From a virus, in the IMG/VR virus record IMGVR_UViG_3300009152_000039, positions 8,575-72,574 of that record: a DNA stretch of 64,000 nucleotides, one strand, 5' to 3'. The notes under the pieces are model-generated. The model worked only from the letters and a program-made list of their open reading frames with translations, was not told where the DNA came from and made no database searches. The position numbers and the translations under genes were made by a program. This document shows positions 28,001 through 39,573 of the stretch, in pieces. Each line of letters begins with the position of its first letter. The first letter of the stretch is position 1.

Positions 28001-31000
28001 TCCTAGATCGGAACGAAAATATTATTATTAAGGAAGGTGTGTCTAGCGATAATCCAGTGCCTCAAAGAGCATCTGATAAGTCTATGGTTCTAGCCACTAT
28101 TTTAGTTCCACCTTATCCGTCGCTATCTCCCAAGGAAGCCGCAAGGGTACAAAAGCCAGGGAATTCTACTCTGGTTCGAACTGATCAGGTGCAGCGCTAC
28201 ACCATGAAGGACATCAGGCAAATTGAAGCTAGATTAAAAAGTCTAGAATATTATTCACTGTTAAACACTCTCGAAAAAAATACAAAAGATCTTGTTATTC
28301 CTAGTGAATCAAACACATCAATATCAAGATTCAAGAATGGTTTTTTTGTAGATCCTTTGAACAACTATGATGTTGCTAATGTGAGTGATAAGGAGTTTAA
28401 ATTCTTAATTGATACAAGAAGATCGTTTGGAACAGCCCCTATTGAACATACATTGCTAGATTTGACTTTTGACAGTGCTTCATCCAGCAACTACAAAAAT
28501 ACAGGTGATTATGTTTTTCTTGACTATACAGACACAGTAGCTCTGACACAACCCTTAGCTACTAGATTTAGAAATCTTTCTGCCTTAGCGTGGTCTTATA
28601 ACGGGGAATTAAAATTATTCCCCGAATACGATAATTATTATGATACAGAACAGCAATCTATAAGCTTCACTGTTGATCTAGCCACGCCAATTAACGCTTT
28701 GATTGATGCAATTAATGAAAACAAAAAAAAGAACGTAAAAACTATCACTAAAATATCAAATACCAATTGGGCGAATGTTGGAGGATCGTATACAGGTACT
28801 AGTAATTTTGCAACAACTGGCGGTGGATCAACAGCACAGGACCAAACTTTAACATCTGTAAAAAAAATTACTACAACCACAGAACAAATACAGTCTGGAG
28901 CAACGACTGATGATACTAAAAAAATTGGTGACTTTACAGCTATATCAGACTTCAACCCGTTCATACGTTCACAGCAGATATCATTCTGTGTAGTTGGTTT
29001 GAGACCAGGTGCTAGACACTATGTTTATTTTGATAAGATTCGTGTAGACAATGCTTATACAGAAAGTGGAACTGGCGCTGTATTCCTAGGAGCAAGACCT
29101 GGTGAGATTCCTCTATCTTCAACAAATAACACAATAAGATTAGATCTTAACAACAATTTCAGCTATACTGATGTTCGTGGCACTCAATTAGTTGCCAATA
29201 GTTCTGGTGGTTTGGCAGGAGACTTTTGGATTCCAGCTGGAAGGTTTTTTGTTGGTCAGCGTGAAGTTTTGATTACTGACGTTGATGATATTGAAAGTTC
29301 TGATACCTCAATATCGACAGCATCTGTTTTCTTCAACGCGTATAATTTCAAGAAGACAGATGTATCGCTAACTATGGGGACAAAAACAGTTTCTAAAGTA
29401 GAAAATACAAAAGTTGTTACATCTTTCTCAACCACTACTACCGTATACAGGACGAGAAGATGGGATCCTCTGGCTCAGACGTTTAATATTAACTTCAATG
29501 ATGGTAGTGATGGGTGCTTTGTAACTAAGGTAGATTTATTTTTCAAATCAAAAAGCAGTGATAAATTCCTAACGGTAGCCATCAGAGAAACAGAAAATGG
29601 ATATCCAGCTGCTACTACAATTGCCAGGAAAATACTCCAGCCATCTGAAGTTAATGTTAGTGATGATGGTCAGACTGTGACAACTGTAACATTTGATACG
29701 CCAGTCTTTTTAAGAAATAATAAGGATTATGCTCTTATTTTATCACCTGATGCAAACTCTCCTGATTATCTTGTGTGGACAGCTGAATTAGGTCAGCCTG
29801 ATGTCTTTACAAATCAAATTGACAATGGTGACTTTGGTGTTGGTGTACTCTTTATATCATCTAACGACAAGGTATGGACTCCAATTCAAACAGAAGATTT
29901 GAAAGCAACGTGGTATTTTGCTAAGTTTACACAGACATCCGCAACTGCTGTGTTTAAAAATGCTGACTATGAATTCCTTACCCTATCAGGAACAGAAGGA
30001 AGTTTTCTTGGGGATGAAGCAGTTGCTCAGAAAGCAAGCTCCTACATTACTGGAGCAACTATAACAAGTAACACAACCAGTAAAGTGGTCACTAGTAGTG
30101 TTTCACTCACATCTTCGCTCTCTGCTGGCGACAGCTTGTTGTTTATATTTGGAAGTAGCAAGACTGCTGCTAAGACTGGTACAGTTTCTAATACCACGCT
30201 TACGACACTAACTGGAACCGGTACTACATTCAGTGCAGATTATGCTGCTGGTGATTATATTCTAATTGCAAACGATGTGCGTGAAGTACAGTCTGTTGCT
30301 AACAACACACAGCTTGTTTTGGATGCTGCTCTGAGCTCATCGGCTTCTGGGGCTGCTCATTATGGCATCACAGAATCGTATCAAGTAAACAAAGTTATAT
30401 CAGCAAATGCAACATCAATTGTTTGCAAGGATAATCTTCAGCTGGGTATCAATAATTCGACTGTTTACGGTAGTATCCAGAAGGTTGTGAGTGGCCGAAC
30501 GTATAGAGAGAGTGTTAATGACAGAGTAATTATTACTAACTCAAATGCTGCAAATACGACTTTCTTATTTGAAGCAGCCAAAAAGATTGTAGGGTCAACT
30601 TCAAAAGCAACTGCTACGATCGCTTCAGTAGACGACTACACGGTCAACTATATTGAGCCTCACGTGTCAACAATTACTCCTGTCTCAACAGAGGTTACTT
30701 TATCACAGAGTATTGTTGGCACAAGTGCAGCTGCTTCTAATCAGAATATTTTGTTTGGTATTTCTAACAAGACTAATTATGAAGCTGAAATAAGATCCAG
30801 GAGTAATGAGATTTCGACTTATAGTGGTCAAAAGTCTCTGACCTTAACAGCTACTATGAACAGAAATAGTTCAAATGTGGTATCTAATAAGGTAAGTCCT
30901 GTAATTGACATCAGTCCAGTTAGTGTTGTTGCTATTAATAACAAAATTAACAACTTGAGTACAGGTGAGACTGGCAGATATGGCAATTCATTGGTTAAAT

Positions 31001-31671
31001 ATGTGTCTAAGACAGTAACTCTTGCTGATGGTCTGGATGCAGAGGATATGAAGTTTTACGTAACCGCATATAAGCCATCAGGTACAAGTGTATTAGTATA
31101 TGGTAAGATGTTGAGCAATGATGATGCTACACCATTTGAAAATAGAGATTGGACACTATTATCTCAGAACACAGAAGCTGGTCTTTTTAGTGATCTAGGT
31201 AATGATGAAGATTACATTGAGTATGAGTATAGTGTGCCGCTGTCCCCACCCTCCACAAGGAAGAGTGGTATAGTTGGAACAAACAGCAACACAACTGTTA
31301 CTGGAACATCAACAACGTTCTCAGCCGACTTTGCTGCAGGTGATCTAATTAAGATTGTTAATACTGATTCTAATACTGATTATGAAATTAATGTAGTATC
31401 AGCTGTTGGTAATAATACATCTTTGACGGTATCTAGTGCATCAGGGCCGTACACAAATACAACCGCAACTGGATTTATTGTTGAGAAGGTGGATCAGCCT
31501 AAAGCAGCATTCAAATATGCAAAGGATAGTAGAATTGTGAGGTATTATGATGCAGTTCAATCTGCTCATACAATGTACAAGATATTTGCAATCAAAGTTG
31601 TATTACTATCTGATAGCACTCAGAATGTTCCCAAAATTAAAGACATTAGAGCGTTGGCAGTCTCGGTATGA
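25081..31671 (+). CDS. very large virion structural protein (VrlC/DUF4815-like)
   Basis: NVSPYFDDYD, LFRPAVPIQARELTQLQ, APGAHRLK, RYTMKDI, FKNGFFVD, DPLAQTF, PKIKDIRALA. Confidence 0.8.
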   Translation: MASLDTNFNVSPYFDDYDQEKNYHRILFRPAVPIQARELTQLQTILQNQVERFGDNIYKQGTIIQGCTFSYDYNYQYIKIKDLQGDGQTVIPSDYLNLYATDLSTNLNAIVVNYTNGLESQDPDTNILYVKYLNTGTAQQKKFSNNSTITLFNQDYRLDSVRIDGGGTSYTNNDFLIFTGGSGTGAAANVITYSNGTIRSFSFSAYGNGYITAPTVTVNTSTGSGASLAALNYIAEVTVANNLFVANTTSSGINVATTPVGTGTAVIVSDGIIYQKGHFVRVEEQTVIVDKFTTNPNNVVLGFYTQESIVNSSVDSTLLDNAQGYSNYTAPGAHRLKLTPQIQVLNKEDAQANSEFFKLVEFENGRVTKRKTETEFNSIDRKLSQRTAEESGDYVVSPFTINTEDIAGSTNQIKVVISSGIAYVDGQRIETNDSTRLTARQGIDTSIALNQTIKTNYGNYVLINEAHGVFNFTSGGTVNLRNTAATDVTDNFAGAPTTPGSIIGTAKMRSLEYDSGTIGTPSAVYRLYLFGIVMSSGQSFSQVRSVQSSGSVADVVLNTSGTADLKDTTYDTLVFPSGYNSVKSVSNADFIYRTVAANTLTTNGNTTIELTGTYDYFPYTFNSSLNEIEERDFIVIPTANAIGSTNLSGTVTSSGNVITGTTTSFATQLVAGDYVKFSSNTTIFRVNSITNATSFAVNGTTGPAVTANTLTLAFPANVPIRLDRTGANVQIDSTGKRAYVYIGNTITGTAAVSIIHNVKVSPNTSVSIHKVKTVNKSVYVKLSTAQLTSTTTGPWCLGIPDAYKLNAVYVGTSNTYSNTTTNYASSFELVTGQTDNIYGLSYLKYSPGSTLSLTGSSCLLVSVDCFTHATGYYISTNSYPVNDSNTYNSATNIKTIDIPTFKSPKTGSISSLRDVIDFRPIVANTANVSATAVSGATVDPVTTETITGSTYFPTPNETFEADVERYLARSDLILLDRNENIIIKEGVSSDNPVPQRASDKSMVLATILVPPYPSLSPKEAARVQKPGNSTLVRTDQVQRYTMKDIRQIEARLKSLEYYSLLNTLEKNTKDLVIPSESNTSISRFKNGFFVDPLNNYDVANVSDKEFKFLIDTRRSFGTAPIEHTLLDLTFDSASSSNYKNTGDYVFLDYTDTVALTQPLATRFRNLSALAWSYNGELKLFPEYDNYYDTEQQSISFTVDLATPINALIDAINENKKKNVKTITKISNTNWANVGGSYTGTSNFATTGGGSTAQDQTLTSVKKITTTTEQIQSGATTDDTKKIGDFTAISDFNPFIRSQQISFCVVGLRPGARHYVYFDKIRVDNAYTESGTGAVFLGARPGEIPLSSTNNTIRLDLNNNFSYTDVRGTQLVANSSGGLAGDFWIPAGRFFVGQREVLITDVDDIESSDTSISTASVFFNAYNFKKTDVSLTMGTKTVSKVENTKVVTSFSTTTTVYRTRRWDPLAQTFNINFNDGSDGCFVTKVDLFFKSKSSDKFLTVAIRETENGYPAATTIARKILQPSEVNVSDDGQTVTTVTFDTPVFLRNNKDYALILSPDANSPDYLVWTAELGQPDVFTNQIDNGDFGVGVLFISSNDKVWTPIQTEDLKATWYFAKFTQTSATAVFKNADYEFLTLSGTEGSFLGDEAVAQKASSYITGATITSNTTSKVVTSSVSLTSSLSAGDSLLFIFGSSKTAAKTGTVSNTTLTTLTGTGTTFSADYAAGDYILIANDVREVQSVANNTQLVLDAALSSSASGAAHYGITESYQVNKVISANATSIVCKDNLQLGINNSTVYGSIQKVVSGRTYRESVNDRVIITNSNAANTTFLFEAAKKIVGSTSKATATIASVDDYTVNYIEPHVSTITPVSTEVTLSQSIVGTSAAASNQNILFGISNKTNYEAEIRSRSNEISTYSGQKSLTLTATMNRNSSNVVSNKVSPVIDISPVSVVAINNKINNLSTGETGRYGNSLVKYVSKTVTLADGLDAEDMKFYVTAYKPSGTSVLVYGKMLSNDDATPFENRDWTLLSQNTEAGLFSDLGNDEDYIEYEYSVPLSPPSTRKSGIVGTNSNTTVTGTSTTFSADFAAGDLIKIVNTDSNTDYEINVVSAVGNNTSLTVSSASGPYTNTTATGFIVEKVDQPKAAFKYAKDSRIVRYYDAVQSAHTMYKIFAIKVVLLSDSTQNVPKIKDIRALAVSV

Positions 31672-31895
31672 TCGTCAAGACTGAAGATGGTGAATTTAAC
31701 AGAGATAATAGCAATTTTGCGTTGATAAATAGTAACGTGGAAGCTTATAAGCTGTATCAACATCAACGTGCTCAACAAAACGAACACGCCAACCTTCAGC
31801 GTCAGATAAACACGCTGAAGGATGATATGACGGACATAAAAAGCATGCTAAAAGTTTTAATTCAGAGAGAAAATAATGGCACTAGCAACGACTAA
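31668..31895 (+). CDS. small conserved coiled-coil protein
   Basis: RDNSNFALIN...INTLKDDMTDIKSMLKVL; overlaps both neighbours. Confidence 0.7.
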   Translation: MIVKTEDGEFNRDNSNFALINSNVEAYKLYQHQRAQQNEHANLQRQINTLKDDMTDIKSMLKVLIQRENNGTSND

Positions 31896-34851
31896 TGTAG
31901 CGGTAACAACAGACACGTTTGAGAACTGGCTTGATAAAACCAACACCCTTCTTTATGCGTATTCGACCACCATTGTTACTGCAGCAGCTAACTCTACTGG
32001 TGGTGTCACCACTGGCAATGCAACTGTCAATGGCATCTTTACAGCCAACTCCTTAACGGTCAGTGGAAATTCAACTTTTGGTTTGAGGGGTGGTAATGTA
32101 GTCACTGCTAATGTACTTTATATCACCAGCAATGTATCTATTGGTAATGCTACTGTTAATACTGTATTCACTACAACCACAATTGATACCGATCTAGCCT
32201 TAACTGTGCTAGGAGCAACTACATTATCCAACAGCTTGTCGGTTACAGGCAACACTACTCTGACTGGTAATGCTACATTAAGTGGCACTCTTCAAACCAT
32301 AGCAGGTAATGTCAATATTGATACAGGAACATTGTTTGTTGATGCTACTAATAACAGAGTAGGTATCAATAACTCAGCTCCAGGAGTTGCTTTACGAGTA
32401 ACAGGTGATGCTGATATTAGTGCTACAGCTAATATTCAAGGCAATGCTAATGTTGGAGGTATATTTGGTGTAGTAGGAAACACTACTCTGAACGGTGCCC
32501 TTCAAACCATAGCAGGCAATGTTAATATTGATGCTGGAACATTGTTTGTTGATGCTACCAATAACAGAGTAGGTATTAATAACACCGCTCCTGGAGTCGC
32601 TCTAAGAGTAACTGGTGCGGCTGATATTAGTTTAGCAGCAAACATTCAAGGTAATGCTAACGTAGGTGGTACGTTAGGAGTGGTCGGTGCTGCAACAATC
32701 ACTGGTACATCCACTTTGACTGGTAATGTTACCATGAGTGGTGCTCTTCAAACAATATCAGGCAATGTTAACATTGATACTGGAACGTTGTTTGTCGATG
32801 GTACTAATAATAGAGTAGGTGTTAATAACACCACTCCTGGTGTTGCTTTAGAGGTTACCGGTGCAGCTAATGTATCCACCAGTGTTAACTCGGCACTACT
32901 AACTGTTGGTACGTCATTCATTGCAAACACTACTGGTGCCTATCATACTGGATTAGTTAATGCGGCTAGCTACAACACCACTGGGTTTGTTGCTAATACA
33001 ACTGCAATTGCACCAACATCCAATACAATATTATTAGGCAACTCAATAGGTAGATTTGTACTATCTGCAAATACAGTTGATGCTTCAGGTTTAATTACTG
33101 GTGGTGCTGGTGCAACAATTACTGGTCAGGTGAATGCTAGTACTGGATTCGGATCAGGTACAATCAATGCTACGTCTAATGGACTATTTGCTAATGCTAC
33201 TACATTATCATTAGGAAACTCATCAGTAAACGTTGCAATTGCTACTAGCGGTATCACTTCATCTGGTGGAACTGGTGTTAATCCATCATCAAATACTGTT
33301 GGTACTGCATTAGGTACGTCTACGCAGCGTTGGGTACTTAATGCAAACACAATCGATACCTCTGGATTAATTACTGGAGGTGCTGGTGCAACTGTTACTG
33401 GTCAAGTAAATGCCAGTACCGGATTTGGTTCTGGTACAATTAATGCAACATCTAACGGATTGTTTGCCAATTCTACTACAATATCGTTAGGAAACTCATC
33501 AGTGAACGTTGCTATAACAACCGCTGGCATAACTTCAGCCGGTGGTACTGGTGTCAATCCATCATCAAATTTGGTTGGTACAATATTAGGTACATCAACA
33601 CAACGTTGGGTACTGAATGCAAACAGTGCTTCTTTTTCTGGTGCAGTATCAGGTATAACAACCTTGGCTACAGGTAATACAACAATAACAGGATTTGCTA
33701 ACGTATCTAGTACAATTCAAGGTGGTTCTAGTTTAGTCATTGCTGGTGCTGCTTCAGGTATTACCACTCTTGCTGCCGGTAATACTGAAATTACTGGATT
33801 TGTAAATGCATCCGCTAGTGTATCAGTAAGTACAATATTTATTGCAAATACCACTGGTGCGTATCATGCCGGATTAATAAATGCAGCTAGTCACACTACT
33901 AGTGGATTTGTTGCTAATACGACAGCCATTGCTCCTACGTCAAATACTATTTTATTAGGTAATTCAATTGGAAGATTTGTACTGTCAGCCAATACAGGTA
34001 ATTTTAGCGGGCTAATTACTGGTAGTGCTGGTGCAACTATTACAGGTCAAGTGAATGCGTCTACTGGATTTGGTTCTGGTACAATTAATGCTACGTCAAA
34101 TGGCTTCTTTGCTAATGATGCTACAGTATCATTAGGAAATTCTTCTGTTAATGTTGCTATAACGCCATCCACAATTGAGCTAGGAACTCAGTTTGATGCA
34201 AACAGTCTAGGGTTGTATCATACTGGAGTTGTTAATGCTGCTAGCCACTCAACCAGTGGGTTCGTAGCAAATACAACGGTCATTGCTCCAACATCAAATA
34301 CATTATTATTAGGTAATACAATAGGAAGATGGGTTATCAGTGCTAATACAGGAGATTTCAGTGGTAGCATGGTTATTGGTGGAGCTGCTAACGTTGGGAG
34401 CACATTAAACGTTGTAGGATCTGCTAACGTTGGAGGTTCGCTAAATGTTGTAGGTGCTGCTAACGTTGGAAGCGCATTAAGTGTTGTAGGTAACGTTACA
34501 ATAAATACATTCGCTACAATATTAACGCTAGCAAATAACAATCTAGGTGCAAACATTACAGTCCCAGTCACAGCTGTTAGTTTCCCTAAAGCAAACTTTA
34601 GGGCTGGTGAATTGATCCTGTATGTTGTGAAGGGGTCTGAATATCAAATTAGTAAAATATTGTTTGCACATGATGATAATGATGTTAACCAAACAATTTA
34701 CGGCACGTTAATGGCACCTTCAAGCTCATCTGAGTTAGCTAACAACATTGTATTGACTGTTAGTACAGCAAATACATCAAACATTGACATTAATATGAGA
34801 CAAAGAGCAATAAATTCATCTGTTAAAATTGTAGCAAATATGATTAGCTAA
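31876..34851 (+). CDS. modular fibre protein (991 aa)
   Basis: TDTFENW..KTN N-terminus; three TLFVDATNNRVGINN repeats; shared N/T/S/G modules. Confidence 0.8.
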   Translation: MALATTNVAVTTDTFENWLDKTNTLLYAYSTTIVTAAANSTGGVTTGNATVNGIFTANSLTVSGNSTFGLRGGNVVTANVLYITSNVSIGNATVNTVFTTTTIDTDLALTVLGATTLSNSLSVTGNTTLTGNATLSGTLQTIAGNVNIDTGTLFVDATNNRVGINNSAPGVALRVTGDADISATANIQGNANVGGIFGVVGNTTLNGALQTIAGNVNIDAGTLFVDATNNRVGINNTAPGVALRVTGAADISLAANIQGNANVGGTLGVVGAATITGTSTLTGNVTMSGALQTISGNVNIDTGTLFVDGTNNRVGVNNTTPGVALEVTGAANVSTSVNSALLTVGTSFIANTTGAYHTGLVNAASYNTTGFVANTTAIAPTSNTILLGNSIGRFVLSANTVDASGLITGGAGATITGQVNASTGFGSGTINATSNGLFANATTLSLGNSSVNVAIATSGITSSGGTGVNPSSNTVGTALGTSTQRWVLNANTIDTSGLITGGAGATVTGQVNASTGFGSGTINATSNGLFANSTTISLGNSSVNVAITTAGITSAGGTGVNPSSNLVGTILGTSTQRWVLNANSASFSGAVSGITTLATGNTTITGFANVSSTIQGGSSLVIAGAASGITTLAAGNTEITGFVNASASVSVSTIFIANTTGAYHAGLINAASHTTSGFVANTTAIAPTSNTILLGNSIGRFVLSANTGNFSGLITGSAGATITGQVNASTGFGSGTINATSNGFFANDATVSLGNSSVNVAITPSTIELGTQFDANSLGLYHTGVVNAASHSTSGFVANTTVIAPTSNTLLLGNTIGRWVISANTGDFSGSMVIGGAANVGSTLNVVGSANVGGSLNVVGAANVGSALSVVGNVTINTFATILTLANNNLGANITVPVTAVSFPKANFRAGELILYVVKGSEYQISKILFAHDDNDVNQTIYGTLMAPSSSSELANNIVLTVSTANTSNIDINMRQRAINSSVKIVANMIS

Positions 34852-34863
34852 GGAAAAAGTTAG

Positions 34864-37800
34864 ATGGCAACTGCAAATAGTAAGTTAAAGATTGATCATG
34901 GGTTTGATGCTCGAGGTACCAGCAATGTTGTTGGGGACATGGAGGTTACTGGGTCTCTTTCGGTTGGTGGAAATTTAACTTTCACAGGAACTACTACTGG
35001 TAATTTCATTCCCGACCAAGATCAACGCTCTTTAGGTAACACTACAAATAGATGGAATCTTCAAGGCTACATTGCAAATGTGGGTAGCACTCTTACAGTA
35101 GCTGGAGCTACTTCACTACAAGATACGCTAGCAGTTACAAAAACTATCAGCGGTGGTAACACTACAATAACAGGCTTTGCCAATGTAACAACCAGTGTTA
35201 ACTCTGCATCCCTGACAGTCGGGGCTGACTTCATAGCTAATACTACTGGTGCGTACCATACTGGTATTATTAATGCTGCTTCACACAACTCAACCGGATA
35301 TGTTGCCAATACCACAGGTGTATACCACACTGGTGTTATTAATGCAGCTTCATTTACAACTACTGGTTTAAGAGCAAACACAACAGCGCTAGTTCCCACT
35401 TCAAACACTATTCTACTAGGCAACCCAATTGGTAGATTTGTATTATCGGCTAATACAATTGATGCATCTGGTTTAATTACTGGAGGTGCTGGTGCGACAA
35501 TTACAGGTCAAGTAAATGCAACAACCGGTTTTGGTTCCGGAACTATCAATGCAACTTCTAATGGATTCTTTGCCAGTGCTACCACACTATCAATAGGCAA
35601 TTCATCTGTCAATGTTGCTATAACACCATCAACTATTGAATTAGGTACTCAGTTTGATGCAAATAGTACAGGAGTATACCATACGGGTACTGTGAATGCT
35701 GCTAGCCATACTACTAGTGGATTTGTTGCTAATACGATAGCCATTGCTCCAACTTCTAATACGATTCTATTAGGTAATTCAATTGGAAGATTTGTACTAT
35801 CGGCTAATACAATTGATGCATCAGGATTAATTACTGGAGGTGCTGGTGCGACAATTACAGGTCAAGTAAATGCTAGTACCGGATTTGGTTCTGGAACAAT
35901 TAATGCAACTTCTAATGGGTTGATAGCTAATAGCACGACTGTAACAGTTGGCAACTCAACAGTTAACGTTGCTATAACAACAGCCGGTATCACTTCATCT
36001 GGTGGAACTGGTGTTAATCCATCATCAAATACAGTTGGCACTGCATTAGGTACCACTAATCAGCGTTGGGTCATTAACGCAAATACTATTAATGCGTCAG
36101 GGTTGATTACTGCATCTGCCGGAGCTAATATTCAAGGCACAGCTAACCTGGTGGATGTTAATATCTCTGGTAACTTAACAGTTTCTGGCACCACGACATA
36201 CATCAATACTACCAACTTAACGTTGGAGATAACATTGTTACCCTTAATGCTGATCTTCCCGGAGCAACAGCACCAACGGAAAATGCTGGTATTGAAGTTA
36301 ATCGTGGTAGTGCAGCTAATGTAAGTTTCTTATGGAATGAAACATCGGATTCTTGGACTGCAGGCAACAATGATATTACAGGGTATGCTAACGTATCTGT
36401 TAGTGTTAACTCAGCTCTCTTTACTGTTGGTGCTAACCTCATTGCCAATACTCTTGGAGTATATCATACAGGTATAATTAATGCAGTTAGCCACACTACT
36501 AGTGGGTTTGTTGCAAACACAACTGCTATTGCTCCTACGTCAAATACAATATTATTAGGCAACTCAATTGGTAGATTTGTACTATCGGCTAACACAGGTG
36601 ATTTTAGTACGAGTATTGGATCCGGAACCATTAATGCAACCTCTAATGGATTATTTGCTAATTCAACTACTATATCATTAGGAAACTCTTCGGTTAATGT
36701 TGCTATAACACCATCAACTATTGAATTAGGTACTCAGTTTGATGCTAATAGTACAGGACTATATCATACTGGATTAGTAAATGCAGCATCGCATACAGTT
36801 GGATCCAACTTCATTGCTAATACAACAGGTGCTTACCATACCGGGCTAGTAAACGCAGCTAGTCACACTACTAGTGGATTTGTTGCTAATACAACAGCCA
36901 TTGCACCAACATCAAATACAATATTACTAGGCAATACAATAGGTAGATTCGTACTATCAGCTAACACGATTGATACTTCTGGATTAATTACAGGTGGTGC
37001 CGGTGCAACTATTACCGGTCAGGTTAATGCTAGTACTGGATTTGGTTCAGGTACAATTAATGCAACCTCAAATGGATTATTTGCTAATGCTACCACTATA
37101 TCATTAGGAAACTCATCTGTCAACGTTGCTATTACAACAGCTGGTATCACTTCATCTGGTGGAACTGGTGTTAATCCATCTTCAAATACAGTTGGTACAA
37201 TATTAGGTACAACTACACAACGTTGGATAATAACGGCAAACTCGTTTACTACATCTGGATCTGGTTCTGTTGGTACCACTCTATCAGCTGGTAATACTGA
37301 AATAACTGGGTATGCTAATGCCTCAGTTAGTGTCAATTCTGCGTCATTAACTGTCGGTAGTTCATTCATTGCTAATACTACAGGAGCATATCATACCGGT
37401 ATTGTTAACGCAGCATCACATGCTACTAGTGGATTCGTAGCAAATACAACAGCTATTGCTCCAACGTCAAATACTATATTATTAGGTAATTCAATAGGAA
37501 GATTTGTACTTTCGGCTAACACAGGTGATTTTAGTACGAGTATTGGATCTGGAACTATTAATGCAACTTCTAATGGATTATTTGCTAACGCTACAACAAT
37601 ATCTTTAGGTAATTCATCAGTTAACGTTGCTATAACAACAGCTGGTATCACTTCATCAGGTGGAACTGGTGTCAATCCATCTTCAAATACGGTTGGTACT
37701 GCATTAGGTACAACTACACAGCGTTGGGTACTTAATGCAAATACAGGATCTTTTGCTGGAGCTGTTTCCGGAATCACTACGTTAGCAGCAGGCAATACAA

Positions 37801-39260
37801 CAATTACTGGATTTGTAAATGCGTCCGCTAGTGTATCAGTGGGTACTACGTTTATTGCTAACACAACGGCAGTTGCTGTTACTACTCCTCTTACAGCAAA
37901 TGCAACTACTGGAACCTCTGGTCAAGCTCTGTTATCTAACGGTACAGTAGGATCTCCTTATTGGGGGACAGTGTTGTCCTCGGTAGGTGCAACGTATGTT
38001 CAGAATACTGACTCGAGAACTCTATCAGGTAATCTACAAATATCAGGTACCTATTTTAACCCTAGTTCAAATACCATATTGCTAGGCAATACAACGCAGC
38101 GTTGGGTAGTCAGTGCTAATACAATTGATGCCTCTGGAGTTGTTAACGCAGCGTCACATACAGTTGGATCAAACTTTATTGCTAACTCTATAGCAATCGT
38201 AGGAACTGGATATGCTAATATAACAACGTCTGTAAACTCAGCACTTCTAACTGTTGGTGCTGATTTTATTGCTAACAGTACAATGGTTAGACTGGGTAAT
38301 AACTCCAGCGGAATAATAGTCAATGGGGATACCAGCCTCAGTGGTCTTGTTGGGTATGTAGGTTTTTCCCAGGAAAAAAGCTTTGCTGTTGATAGCTCTG
38401 TAGACGGGATGCAGATTAAGACTAATTTCACTAATACAGCTTATGTTTCAAATAGAGCAGTGATTGGAGGTAATTTTAGTACGGTCGGCAGAACTTCATC
38501 ATCCAATACCCTACTGACCGGTGTTGTTGATAATGAATTATACGGAGTTTACTCTTCCGCTGATAATGGTACAAATGCGTCTACCAATGCTCGACTTGCA
38601 AACTTACAGGCTTTCAGAGCAGTATCAAGGAATAGGGCTGGTGGTGCTACTGCCAATACAGTTGATAACATGTGGTCATACTACGGGGAGACGATTACTA
38701 GCGGCTCATCTGGTATCGTAACCAATGCCTATGGTGCGCAGTTAGTTGTTGGCTTCGACACTTCTGGATCCACTGCTAATATTACTACGGCGTATGGAAT
38801 GTCTGTAAACATACGTTCCAGTTCAACAATGACAATAGGCACTGGTTATCTATATAGAGGTACATATACTGGTTCCAACACTACTACTAAGTACGGCATT
38901 TACATAACTGGTGAGTCAAACAACTACGTTTCAAATAATTTTACAGTTGGTGGTAATGTATATGCTGTTAACTTTAGCGCATCGTCTGACGAAAGATTAA
39001 AATCAGATATAGAAATTATTGGAAATCCAATTGACAAAATTAGTTCACTTAGAGGAGTCAGCTTTACATATAGAGCTTCTAATACTAGAAGTATTGGTGT
39101 AATAGCACAGGATGTTGAAAAACTACTGCCTGAACTGGTTGATACTGATGGTGATGGATATAAACGTGTCAATTATGATGGTATCATTGGGGTTTTGATC
39201 GAGGCTATTAAAGAACTAAAACAAGAAATTGAAGAGCTAAAAAATGGCAACCAAAGCTAA
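34864..39260 (+). CDS. modular fibre protein (~1465 aa) with C-terminal peptidase S74 intramolecular chaperone, interrupted by a 1-nt frameshift at ~36219
   Basis: Adding one A at ttaa|cgtt restores TNLNVGDNIVTLNAD...NAGIEVNRG; the new frame reads open with the same repeats into the track ORF 37839..39260; SSDERLKSDI...IGVIAQDVE..LPELV...VNYDG. Confidence 0.8.
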
Positions 39261-39573
39261 TATTACAGTAGATCAGGGAACCACGTTCTCCACCACCGTT
39301 TACTTGACTGATGATAATGGGGATCCAATTGATCTGACTGGGTATACAGGAAGATCGCAAATGCGCAAGCATTATACCTCTTCTAATTCACAGAGTTTCA
39401 GTGTATCTCTTAGCAATACAGTTGGATCAGTGAGTCTTGCGCTAACTGCCGTGCAGACTGCTAATCTTGTAGCTGGAAGATACGTTTATGATGTTGAAGT
39501 AGTAAGTAGTACCAATGTAGTATCAAGAATTATAGAGGGTATTGTAACAGTTACGCCTGAAGTGACACGATAA
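39244..39573 (+). CDS. small virion protein (Ig/BppU-like)
   Basis: ITVDQGTTF...DLTGYT...QMRKHY...GRYVYDVE...RIIEGIVTVTPEVT. Confidence 0.75.
   Translation: MATKANITVDQGTTFSTTVYLTDDNGDPIDLTGYTGRSQMRKHYTSSNSQSFSVSLSNTVGSVSLALTAVQTANLVAGRYVYDVEVVSSTNVVSRIIEGIVTVTPEVTR

Noticed and set aside
36205-36230. Programmed frameshift in the fibre gene
   Set aside because: No X XXY YYZ heptamer or obvious stimulator; kept only as a probable indel.
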